A program made the translations under genes and the position numbers. From positions 110,114,001 to 110,178,000 of the forward strand of contig CM059431.1 in NCBI GenBank assembly GCA_030390025.1: a stretch of DNA of 64,000 bases. The letters are read 5' to 3'. Every line of letters begins with the position of its first letter. The first letter of the stretch is position 1. A model generated the notes under the pieces. It was not told where the DNA came from. It searched no databases and saw only the letters and a list, made by a program, of their open reading frames with translations. Origin of the DNA: Squalus acanthias (taxonomy: Eukaryota). Shown here piece by piece: positions 12,447 to 24,230 of this stretch.

Positions 12447-14331
12447 GTAAATTGCATGACAAAAATGAAGTATGTTTGTCCACAATGGATTATTTATTGG
12501 ATCCTTAATTACTGGTCGGAGTATACACCGGATAAAGGTCAGTTATTGCTTGCTGTTTCTGCAATTTATCGGCAATATACATTACAGCCTAGCTAATATT
12601 CGTACCTCAGGTCAGGGCTGAGATGTGCATAGTTCAGGAAGTCCTTGGTTTGCATTGTTTGGTTAGTGACCTTATACCTGGATGGGAACCCATCTAACAG
12701 GTTATTCAAATTGTTTGGCATGAATCAAGCTAAGCCTTGCAATTTTAAGCATACTATGCAATTGATGTTCTGGGCTGTTTTGGGAAAGTGGGTTAAAGAT
12801 ATGAGTCAGGTCTCTCAAGGGATAGGGCCAATGATTCTTATACAGAAAGCTCTACGGTCAGGAGTTTCTAATTATGGGTTTTTATCTGTTTGTGCTAAGC
12901 TCAGTACTTAGTCTAAAGCCAGCGAATAGATTGGGCTAAATCGGTGGCTTCATGGTAGTGTTTCACCATGTGAGAAGTGAGTGACTGTGTTCCAAGAACT
13001 TATTTTATATTGAGAGATAGCACAGGAGGCGCATCTGTCGTTCTGACAATTCGAGGAGAACAGAAAGGCTTATAAATTATTTTAAATATACTTTTTCATA
13101 TAGGATACCTGTTTACCCATTTAATGTTAAAGAAAGCCTCAGTCTGATCGAATGTATATTCATCCACAACCGAAGATGAGATCATGTGGTGGTAGATGAT
13201 ATATTCCAGTAAGCCGGAGTACGGTGGCTAGAGTTGTCTGTTTGATGCCTAGGTCTCACTACATTTACCTCATATTGGGCAGGTAAAGAAAGGTACACTC
13301 TGGTTGTAGGGAACGTGAGGTCCATTTACCAGAGTAGACAGTCAGTGATGCTGACCTGAAAAAAATATCATGTGTAAAAATTCAACAGTATAACCGTTGT
13401 AATTTTCTTTTGCTCTTAACTTCTTATTACTCCAGCCCACAAACGTTTGTAGTAAGAAGGAGGGGGTGGTGGGGGGAAGACTGATGCTGTTTCATTTTGA
13501 TACGTCAACAGCAGGTCTATTTACACCAGGGTAAAATGAGCAATTTATTTTTCATTCCCTCTGGAATATTCCACTATCGCCATAAGTTCCACATTCCCAA
13601 TAGGGTAAGAATTGAGGAAACTTATTAAAGTTTACTATTATAGTAAAATGGTCAATTTTCTCAAACTAAATTTTACTGTTGTCTATTAATTGATTTATGC
13701 CTTTGGTTGTACTACTATATGCATATAAGATTTACAAGGAATGTATTTATAATTTTTAAGAAAGGTTACCTTTCTCCTTTTTTTCTTATTCACTATAGGA
13801 AAACTTGTGGACTTTATGGCTCCACACATGTAGTTTATTTTCCAGAGTGTAAACATATACAGCTTCCTGGAAGCCACATTTGGAAATATAAGGGCTAATT
13901 CCTCCCACAAGGAGCAGCACTAGCCAGGAAATCGCAGGTTAGCACCACCGATATCCAACCATTTAAATTGCTCTTTGTGAGCACCTGGTTGGGGAACCAC
14001 CAGCCCTATAATTTTCCCTTAGCAAGCAATATTTATCTTGAACCTGCTGCAAACTCCAAGAATATGCTTTGTTTCTCACATAGGGACTCTATGAAAATAC
14101 AATAATGGTAGGACTGCCTAGCCTACGTTATGGAGTCTAGGAATTCCCACTTAATATTTGTAAACTATAAATGGGCATCCATTGCAAAGGCTGAAAATTA
14201 AGAGGCTTTGGGTGTAGTCATCAAGCATTCATTAAATATTTCTAGTCAGCATGAGGTTTTTACCAACAAATCTAATCAAGCACTGGGGTGGCATTATTTG
14301 AGCATTTGAGACAAAATAGATTGCCTGTGAG

Positions 14332-14465
14332 CAACGTTCCCTCTAATTTTTATGTTTGGTGCACAGTCCCTTTAAATTTGCTGCACGGTATCTTTTCCAG
14401 CAGAACAGCTGGTGAGCGGCCTGCACGGGACTTCCCGATCGCTGCGCAGCTTAGGGGGAACGTTG
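14332..14465. mobile_element. Small hAT-like MITE
   Basis: TIRs CAACGTTCCCTCTAA / TTAGGGGGAACGTTG; TGTGAG repeated on both flanks; related copy at 62590-62734. Confidence 0.7.
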
Positions 14466-15254
14466 TGTGAGTGTGTGTAAGTTCACATTTGGAATAGTGT
14501 GTGCAATTTTTTTCACCTGGTCGTCAAAAGAGCATTGATGGATTGAGAGAGTTCAGTTGAAAACAACAGGAATAATGCAAAGTCAAAACTAAATTTCAAG
14601 ATAGGTGAATGCAGCTGAATACATTGGAGGAAAAAAATATGTAGAGTGAACAACTGAGATATTTAAAATAACTGAATGGCATGATTAATGTGGATATAAA
14701 CGTGTAACTGGGTTAGTTAACCTAAATGTGATTTGCAGCATTGGGGAACATGAATTCAAAATTGGCAACATTTGGCCCCCCCCAGTCCACCCCAGTCCAA
14801 CGCCGGCATCTCCACATCAAAAAAAAGGTAGCAAAGTTGTAGAAATAGATCTGGATAATTATCTGATTAAAAGATAGATTAATTTGAGGGCTACATATAG
14901 ATATTACTATTCCATGCAATACTTAGGAAATTTCGATTCTTTCACTTGAACATTATACCTGCAGTTATTCCGCTACCTAATGGAGATTACATAAGTTGAT
15001 GAGAGCCATGACAATGCACACTACAGTACACAGTGTGTCAGAAGGAATAGGCTAAGAAGCCTTTTTTCATTGTATTCTTCCTTGCATTTTTATTGCCAAA
15101 GGATGTGTCAGCAGTTAAAGAAATTACAATGTAAGAGGTAAAAGTAAGTTATTGAATTTGTGCACAATATTACTCAACAAAATCTATTAGAATAAAAAAA
15201 ATCCAAATAATTTTAAAACAGAGCGCTACTCTTTTGGCAAACATGGTTAAATGT

Positions 15255-15530
15255 TCATGCTGAAGGTAATTGGCAAAAAAAACCAGAGTGGAGATGAGAT
15301 TTTTTTTACGCAGCAAGTTGTTATGATCTGGAATGCACTGCCTGAAAGGATGGCGGAAGTAAATTCAGTAGTGACTTTCAAAAGTGAATTGGATATATAC
15401 TTCAAAAGGGAAAATTTGGAGCTGTGGGGAAAGAGCAGGGGAATGGGACTAATTTGATAGCTCTTTCAAATGCTGGCACAGGCACGATGGGCCGAATGAC
15501 CACCTTCTGTGCTGTAAGATTTTATGATCT
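15255..15530 (+). mobile_element. CR1-type LINE 3' fragment
   Basis: FFTQQVVMIWNALPERM...FKSELDIY followed by the tail GGCACGATGGGCCGAATG...CTGTGCTGTAAGAT. Confidence 0.8.
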
Positions 15531-15533
15531 TTT

Positions 15534-16260
15534 GGGGGGAAAATTCGGTTGCTTTGTGCTTCCTGTTGGCGCCCTAAGAGGGCGCTAACGAGGCGCAAAG
15601 CAACTAGGACGCGGCGCCGCCAACGCCTCTCGCGAAATTCAGCGGGAGGTTTGCGGCAGTGGTAACCGTTAGCACCCCGCTGCGCCGCCGGCAATGACGT
15701 CATCGCCGTGCGCAGCGCCCCGCTCGCAATCTTTGGTAGCGTCCCCTGACTTGCCGCCGGACACTATGTCCGACGGGGTCAGGGGGGCCTACCTGCGGCC
15801 GGGGCGGTGCTAATTAAAGGCGAGGTGCCGGGCGGCCATTTTTGTTGCTGGCCACCTGCCAGCACCTGCCCCGTTGCCATCCTCGGCCTCCTCAGCAGCC
15901 CCCCCCCCCCCCCCCCCGGAGTGCCGGCTGCGCTCCGTGAGCCCGGCACTTCTCTTGAGTGCTGGGCTCTTTTGCCGGCACTCCGATCCCTGGTGGCCCA
16001 GCTGGACCCCGGGACGTGCTGCGCTAGGCCCCTCCCCTTTAAGAAGGAGAGGAAGGCCTGTAGTACTGTGGTGCGACGTGCCGCAGCACATGGCGCTGCG
16101 GCACGTAGCGCCACGATATTCCCTCGCAGCGCCCCAAGAGGGAGGCAGGGCGCTTCCAGGTGAATTTCGGCTGCATGGGGTGTTAATTTTTTCGGGGCAC
16201 TAAAAGTAGCGCCCCAGCGAAGTTAGCGCCCCAAAGGAGGCGCGACTCAATTTTTCCCCC
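15534..16260. mobile_element. GC-rich MITE, Harbinger-type termini
   Basis: GGGGGGAAAATT ... AATTTTTCCCCC ends with subterminal GGCGCTAA motifs; no clean TSD. Confidence 0.65.
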
Positions 16261-17048
16261 TAGATCTCTGAAGCAAACATAAGTGTTTTCACATTTTACA
16301 TAAGAACATAAGAATTAGGAACAGGAGTAGGCCATACGGCCCTTCGAGCCTGCTCCACCATTCAATAAGATCATGGCTGATCTTCGACCTCAACTGTACT
16401 TTCCTGCCCGATCTCTATATCCCTTGATTTCCCTAGAGTCCAAAAATCTATCTTCGCCTTGAATATACTCAACGAATCAGCATCCACAGCCCTTTGCGTA
16501 GAGAATTCCAAAGATTCTCAACCCTCTGAGTGAAGAAATTCCTCCTCATCACAGTCTTAAATGGCCGACCCCTTATCCTGAGACTATGCCCCCTAGTTCT
16601 AGACTCGCCAGGGGAAACAACCTCTCAGCATCTACCTTGTCAATCCCCCCTCAGAATCTTATATGTTTCAATGATATCACCTCTCATTCTTCTAAACTCC
16701 AGAGAGTATAGGCCCAGTCTACTCAATCTCTCCTCATAGGACAATCCCCTCATCCCAGGAATCAATCTCATGAACCTTTGTTGCACCGCCTCTAAGGCAT
16801 GTATGTCCTTTCTCAGATAAGGAGACCAAAACTGTGCACAGTACTCCAAGTGTGGTCTCACCAAAGGCCTGTACAATTGTAGTAAGACTTCTTGTACTCC
16901 AACCCCCTTGCAATAAAGGCCAACATGCCATTTTGCTTTCTAATTGCTTGCTGTACCTGCATGCCAACTTTCTGTGTTTCCTGTACAAGGACACCTAAAT
17001 CTCTCTGAACACCAACATTTAATAGTTTCTCACCATTTAAAACATATT

Positions 17049-17297
17049 GGAAAAATTCAGTTGGTCAGCGCCTCCCGTTAGTGGCTCCGGGGGGCGCTAA
17101 CGGGGCACTAGGAACTTAGCGCCCGAGCGCGGCGATTTTAGCACCACTCGCCAAATTGACCAGTCGTTTTGCGACTTAAATTAGCGCTCTACTACCCTCT
17201 TGGGGCGCTAAAACTGAAGTTAGCATTCGCCGGGCGCTAAATTTAGCGCTCAGGCGGTGTTAGCGACCCAAAATGGTCGCTAATGAATTTTTCCCCC
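17049..17297. mobile_element. MITE (GGCGCTAA-rich) at the CR1 internal-deletion breakpoint
   Basis: GGAAAAATTCA ... TGAATTTTTCCCCC inverted ends; left end is 3 G shorter than the right; related to 15534-16260. Confidence 0.7.
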
Positions 17298-17487
17298 TTT
17301 AATTTTAACTTTTTACCATTATTCCCTACTTTCACCTTATTCGCTGATGCACTTTTACCTTTAAACTCTCTGTCCCTTCCTGTCCCACTCTGCTTATCTT
17401 TACCCAAATCGCTACATTGAACCATTGCCTTGACTTTTCTCTTTAGATTTCTAAATTTCCCCTCACCTGACCTACCCTGTTCCCATT

Positions 17488-19089
17488 TTAGTTTAAAGCC
17501 CTGTCTACAGCCCTAGTTATTCAATTTGCCAGGACACTGGTCCCAGCCCAGTTTAAGTGGAGACCATCCCAACGGAACAGCTCCCTCTTTCCCCCGTACT
17601 GGTGCCAGTGCCCCATGAATCGAAACCCCTTCCTCCCACACCATGCTTTGAGCCACGGATTTAACTTTCTGATCTGCTTGTCCCTATGCCAATATGCGTG
17701 TGGCTCAGGTAACAATCCAGAGATTATTACCTTTGAGGTTCTGCTTTTTAATTTGGACCCTAGCTCCTCAAACTCTCTCAGTAGAACCTCATTCCTAGTT
17801 CTACCTATGTCGTTGGTTCTTACGTGGACCACGTCAACTGGATCTTCCGCCTCCCACTCCATATTCTTTTCCAGCCGTGAGGAGATATCCTTAACCTTGG
17901 CTCCGGGCAAGCAACATAGCCTACGGAACGCCCAGTTGCAGCTGCAGAGAACAGTATCTATCCCCCTGACTATACTGTCCCCTACCACTACAACATTCCT
18001 TTTCACTACCCCCACTTGAATGGCCTCCTGTGCCATAGTGCCATGGTCAGTTTGCTCCTCCACCTTGCAGACTTTGCCCTCATCCTCACAGGCATCAAGA
18101 ACCTCATACCTGTTGGGCAAAGGCTGAGGCTCCTCCAGCACGGCACCTGGGGTCCCCTTATCTGCTTGAGTTTCAGTCATACCTTCCTGTCCCTGACCAC
18201 TAACCAGACATGTACCATTACATAACCTAAGGGGTGTGACTGCCTCCTGGATCAAAGTGTCCAGGTAACTCTCCCCTTCCCTGATGCCCCGCAATGTCTG
18301 CACCTTGGACTCCAGCTCAACAACTCTGAGCTGAAGTTCCTCGAGATGCAGGCACTTACTGCAGACATGGGGCTGGATTTTCATTGACCCATGGAGGTGG
18401 GTTTGGAGGCGTGTGGGGGGTTAAAATTGCAAAAACTGGCGGGCGGGCAGAAGCCCGCCTCCACGCAATTTTCATTAAATCGTGTCTGCTGGTCCCAAAT
18501 CCGTCCCGCCTCCAAGAGGCGGGTTAGGCTGTTAAGGCCCTTAACAAGCACTAAATTGCCTCTATAATGCCATTTTGAAAGGCCTTTGTGATTTTAACCG
18601 TTGTTCTACGTGAAGCACGCCTGTTCTGAACCACGAATGTGAAACCTGGCGGGAGCACATTTGGATAGCTGACTATCAGCTGCAGGTCCACTATTACAAC
18701 GGAGATGTGTAGTAGTAGGAGGAGAAGAAGAAGACGACGACTTAGGGCTGCTGCTGCTCATTTTGCATCCAGGTCCTCTCACAGCAAAGGCCAGGCAGTC
18801 TTTGCAGACCGTCAATGCAGCAGCAATCATGACATCATCAGAGGCGACTTTCAGACTGGAAACACTAATTGGGTCATGGGTTCCCACATGCTGGAACTCA
18901 ATTGCCTAATTAGGTGACAATCGCATCAATCTCCCACATCCAATTGCAGTCGGGTGGATAACACGAAAAGTGGATAACACGACCCCAACCCGCCCCAGTA
19001 TCAAAATCCAGCCCATGGTCTTCCGGGATTGCGATGCTCTCCACGAACTCCCACATGCTGCAGTTGCGGCGCACCACCTGCACTGCCAT
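17488..19089 (-). pseudogene. CR1 ORF1p (Cys-rich zinc-finger-like region, coiled coil, SGNH esterase), split by MITE 18370-19014
   Basis: Removing the MITE and one ATG copy gives MAVQVVRRNCSMWEFVESIAIPEDHVCSKCLHLEELQLRVVELE... with GDSIVR, PGAKV, RTND and DGLHLN blocks. Premature TGA at 17521-17523; likely original TAA at 17488-17490. Confidence 0.85.
18370..19014. mobile_element. Harbinger-family MITE, copy A
   Basis: 12-bp TIR GGGCTGGATTTT / AAAATCCAGCCC; TSD ATG; close inverted copy at 43207-43818. Confidence 0.92.
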
Positions 19090-20384
19090 TCCTTTATAAC
19101 CTTGTTTTATTTATTTAATTAAATTTATGTATTTAATTAACTTAGCTTATAGTTTAGTTTTTAGCTAATTACTAGATCTAGTTTAAGTTCTAGGTAGATG
19201 AAATTAAATATTTACCTGTAACACAAAGTATCAAGTATTGGATGCAAAAAGCAGCACCTTCTTCCTCCTCTGCAGAGAATTCCCACTCTCTCCAAATTCC
19301 TATGTTTACCACCTTGTTTAAGTGCACTCTGTTTAAGATCACTCTGTGCAGACCACTCTCTTTTTTTGTTCCACAGGTTCTGAGACAGTGGTTGTTTACT
19401 ATCATCACTGGAGCTAAACACTTTTTAATAAGTTACCTGATAACACTGACAGTTTGTTGGAATAATTATGGTTTATGATGATCTGGATAAACAGATTGTT
19501 TTAAGAGAATTATTCTGGATGTGATACTGCACTTTATTGGGTTGAAACTAATGCCTCCTTTTTGAAATGGTGTTAGTGGAGTTTGACTTTTTTTAAATAA
19601 AGCTGTGCACAGCTAGCTAAATGTTGTGAAGATAAAAGTATGTTCCAAGGAATGTGAAGTGTCCTAGTTTTTAGTAAACAGAAACTGCCGCAACAAGAAA
19701 TACAGCAACAAAGCAGAATTGTAATGCATCAGCTGCCAGGTAAAACATACTGGACATTGTGGTCTTTCTCAGATAGCAATACTAGTAGTGGGTCCAATGC
19801 AATGTAGAAATGTAAACCACAACTACTTCAGCTTCTATTGTCTACTGATAAATGTTATTCTAGCAGGATCATGCTTTTGATTATTCTAACTGGCTGTATC
19901 CCCTGGTGTATTCATGTTGACAGCTTAGACCATTTTTTTTCATGTGGGGATATTTCTAGGTGTTTCAAAAAAAACAAACACTGGAAAGTTTGTCAACTGA
20001 ATGATGTCCTGTCGCCCACATAAAGAAAAACTGGTTCTGTTAGTATCATGTCATTGAAATGTCAGCCAAAGCATCATAAAAACATGTTTAAATAAATATG
20101 CCTTTTCTCGTCCGGTTTGGAAAGCTTTCAGAATCAATTTTGCTCTTTTGTATATTGCAGGCTTTTTTTTAATGTCAGTGATGATGAAAGCAGCATGGGA
20201 GATTGCATTTTCAAAAATATACGAAAGAAAGCTGGAATTGATAATGGCACCATTGAAAATACAATTTTATTTAAGTGCACAATTTTAGAAAATTATTAAC
20301 AAAATGTTTCTTTCTGTCAACAAATCATAAAATATGACTCACTTTTTAAATCAGTATTCTTCCAACTGTTTTTAATCTTGCTGG

Positions 20385-22553
20385 TATATTTATAAATCCA
20401 CGGCTTCATTAGGACTCTGCATCCTTGGTGATTTCCATGTCCATTTAAAGTCCCCTTGCCTCTCTCCTCTGATTTCACTGCCCACCTGTTTTCCCAAAGC
20501 ACACCGCTCCATATAAACTCTTCTACCCATATTCACGGCTACCCCCTCAACTTTGCCATCTCACGTAGTCTCTCTACTCCCGTGCTCTCCATCACAGACA
20601 AGGTCATCTCCGACCACTTCCTTGTATCCCTTACTACCCACATCTCCCTACCCCAAAACAACACCATTTCCTTCTAGATCCACCAAGTCACTTAAAATTG
20701 CACTTTTAAAATGTTAACTGCTACGCCTTTGTCCTTCCATTTGCCACATTACTTTTGCAGCTGTTGACCAGCTCAACCATTTACTCACCTCCACCTTTGA
20801 TGCCCATGTTTCCAGTAAAAAAAAACTCTCCCATCCTGGGTATTATCCCTGGTATTGCCTCCATCTTCAGTCCCTCAAGTACAAAGGGTGCAGGCTTGAG
20901 TATATCTGGTATACAACTGGGTTAGCCATCCATTACCAGATCTGGCTGAACCACATCAAGTGCAAAATCCACCCACTACTCCAAGATCATCCTGGCGACC
21001 AACGAAAACCCCCAGCTTCTTTTCTCCACTATCGTCATCATAAACTCCTCTTCCCGATCCCGTGTCTTTCTTTAGTTTCTCTGCTATCTTCTTTCTTGCC
21101 CTTTCCAAGCCCATCTTGTCAATGAGACACATCTCCTGCTTCCTTGATCCCATTCCCACTAAACTGACCACCCATGTTCCCTTCCTGGCCCCTATGCTAG
21201 ATGACATTGTAATTGGCTCCCTCTCCTCAAGTACTGTCCCTCTCCCTTTCAAATTGGCACCATCACCCCCCTTCTCAACCCCTCTGACCTTGCAAATTAC
21301 CACCCCATCTCCAACCTCCCTTTCCCACCAAAGTTCTTAAACGCATTGTTGTCTCTCAAATCTGTCCCCATCTTTCCTGCACCTCCACGTTTGAACTTCT
21401 CCAATCCGATTTTCATCCCTGCCACAGCACCAAAACACATCTAACCATAGTCACACATGACATCCTCTGTGACAGTAACCATGGTGCCTGATCCCTCTCT
21501 GTTCTCCTTGAACTCTATGCAGCCTTTTGACACGGTCGACCACACCAACCTCCTGCGATATCTTTCCTCTGCTCTCCAGTTCAGTTGGAATTGTCCTCAC
21601 TTGGTTTCACTCTTACCTATCCAGTCGTAGCCAGAGCATCTCCAGCAATAGCTCCTTTGGTGACATCATCTGAAGATGTGGGATCAACTTCCACATGTGA
21701 GCTGATGACCACCAGCTTTACCTCTCTCGACCACTCCCTTGCCTCTCTCTTGCTAGACTGCTTGTCTGATGTTCAGTCCTGGATGAGCCACGATTTCCAC
21801 CAGTTAAATATTGGGAAGACCGACGCCATTATCTTTGGCTCCCGCCACAAACTTTTGCCACCGATTCCATCCCCCCCACCCCCCCTGAATTGTCTGAGGC
21901 TGAACCAGACTGGCATCCTCTTCGAACCCAAGATAATCTTCTGACCCCATATCTTCTCCATCCCAAAGACTGCCTACTTCCACCTCTAACATCACCTGTC
22001 TCCACCCCAGCCTTAAGAAACACACATCCATCCCGTTGTCATTTTCAAACTTAACTATTCCAATGTTCTCCTGACTGGCCTCCCATCCTCTACCCTTCAT
22101 AAACGTCAGCTCATACAGAACCATGCTGCCCATATTCTATTCCCCACTAGGCCCCTCTCACTCCTGTCCTTGCTGCTCTACATTGGCTCCTGGTCTCCTC
22201 ACACCTCTGATTTAAAATTCTCTCATGTTTAAATTCCCTTCCTAAACCTCCTTTAAGACGTTCCTTAAAACCCACCTATTGGTCAGCCCTCTCAATGTCT
22301 GTTCTGACGAAGGGTCATCGACCTGAAACGTTAACTCTGTTTCTCTCTCCACAGATGCTGCCGGACCTGCTGAGTATTTCCAGCATTTTCTGTTTTTATT
22401 TCCGATTTCCAGCATCCGCAGTATTTTGCTTCTGTATTCCTCTCAATGTCTCCTTGGGCTCGGCGTCCATTTTTGTCTAGTTAAACCTCTGTGTAGCACC
22501 TTGGGATGTTTTCCTACGTTAAATTTGCTATATAAAAGCAAATTGTTGTTGTT
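20385..22553 (+). mobile_element. Decayed L2 LINE (endonuclease and RT remnants plus tail)
   Basis: Remnants ISDHFLVS, SCFLDPIPTKL, CLSDVQSWMSHDFHQLNIGKTD; tail GCTATATAAAAGCAAATTGTTGTTGTTG. Confidence 0.82.
22301..22438 (+). mobile_element. 138-bp Penelope-derived, hammerhead-bearing insertion within the L2
   Basis: Flanked by the 13-bp duplication CCTCTCAATGTCT (22288-22300 and 22439-22451); starts with GTTCTGACGA. Confidence 0.85.
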
Positions 22554-23579
22554 GATGCAGTCAACAAAATAGTTTGGTTGAAATCAAAAAGTAGTCACTA
22601 TAAGTGGCTTTAGTCAGCAGATGGGCTCCATTTACAGGTGGACATTTGATAACCGTGCATGTGAGGAGCATTGAGGGTCATGATACTTAGTTGATTTAAT
22701 GGGACAGGCTCAAATGGACCAGCTGGACTTTTTCTGTCCTTTTTTTGTATGTTTATATGCACAACTTATGTAACTAGAAATACTAAAAAAAGCAACACTT
22801 AATGCTTTATGAAACTTTCAGATTTCATAAGTGGTTTCTTTCGCCACGTACTGGGTTTCTTTACAAATAGGCATTGTGAGAATTGTATTCTTGCCAAAAC
22901 CCTAGTAGGCATCTTTACCAAAATTCATGACAGGGTGGGGCAGTTCTTCCTTTCCCTGGTGCTTGACGTTTTTTTCCATGTTAAATCAGTAACAGGAAAG
23001 CACTTTTTTTGTCTACGCATGGGTCGTAGTTAAAAAGGAATACATATTTAATACATTAATGATTACCCAATAGCTAGAAGATCACTCCAAAAGCCACTTT
23101 GTGGTGTACACAAGGGAGGATTGGAAGCAGACAACATCCAAAGGATAAGTATCCAAAAGGGAAATAAAAAGGCCTCCAAAAATGTTATTTTTCTGTTCTT
23201 TCGGGCTTACATTGCAATAGGGACTGAATCCAGTTGAAACTTTGTACGGTTTATATTTTTAATGAGCGTAATTAAACAGGAAGGAGAGATTCGGGATTTC
23301 TGTCCTGTCTTTGCCAAAGCAAAGAAAATTGGTGAGTTCCCAAATGATAACAAGCCTCCCTAAGAAAGGGGCAAACTCATTGAACTGCGTATATTCAAAG
23401 TACTGACAATTGTCATTGTCACAATTGTTTGAGCATGTGGTGGCGCAGAGCTGCTGCCATGAAGTATTAGGATGCTAGTTCACACCAGTGATTTCCTACA
23501 CTGAGCCTGTGACCTCATTCATGCTTTATTAGCTATTCTTTGCTTTAATAGATTTTAAATTAACATTATTTATATTGTA

Positions 23580-23680
23580 ACAACAACAGAAACTGCTGGA
23601 AACACTCAGCAGGTCCGACAGCATCGTGGAGAGAGAAACAGAGTTAACGTTTCAGGTCGATGACCCTTCGTCAGAACTGC
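23580..23680 (-). mobile_element. Penelope-derived short fragment with hammerhead motif (23642-23678)
   Basis: Reverse complement of the 22301 unit. Confidence 0.75.
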
Positions 23681-23889
23681 TGTTGTATTGCTATTGTATT
23701 ATTTATATGTATGTACTTTTCTCGCAAATGTGTTTTAATTTTTTTAATTTCCACTGCCTCTTCTCTCGATGCTTTTTAAAAGGGAATTTTAGTGAGCATG
23801 CTAACATCTCCAGTTTTGACACACCTCTCCCGATAGTCCAGCATTTAAACTTGGTTGGAAATTCCAGGTGAATGCTTGAAGCTATGTCT

Positions 23890-24230
23890 TATTTTTCTCC
23901 CTTCCTTTCCTGATGATGGTGTCTCATGGTGGGCCACGGTTCCAAGGGAGCCAGTCGCCATCTGATACCTCTTCACATGGCCATTTTTCATGCATCAGTC
24001 TAGAGAATGAATGTCATCCGGGTGGTCCAACCGGAGGATAATTGCTGCAGAGCCTGTTCTCGTGCACTTTCCATTAGAGGACATGAAATACTGATCAGGA
24101 GGGCAGCCCTGACTAATTTCTTTACCTCCCAAGCCCAGGGGTACTAAGGCTATCCTGACTGAAATCAACTGCACAGACCAGGGATCAAACCTAGCGTATA
24201 TGAATGGCTTAGTATCATGGTAGTGCAATT
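23890..24230 (-). mobile_element. Old tRNA-derived SINE, AmnSINE2-like
   Basis: Minus strand has B-box-like GGTTTGATCCCTGGTCTGTG then CCTTAGTACCCCTGGGCTTGGGAGG. Related copy at 62790-63105. Family name from recall. Confidence 0.5.

Larger units (their letters stand above)
16298..19400 (-). mobile_element. CR1 LINE: 5' region, ORF1 and ORF2 3' end with tail; most of ORF2 deleted; two MITEs nested inside
   Basis: Tail (TTCTTATG)n at 16298-16315; ORF2 end LVRPHLEYCAQFWSPY (16640-16876); ORF1 at 19089-17488. The 5' boundary is approximate. Confidence 0.88.

Noticed and set aside
15534..16260. CpG island or internal promoter
   Set aside because: The GC/CpG-rich segment is bounded by MITE inverted ends. 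The same applies to 36095-36750 and 41849-42626.
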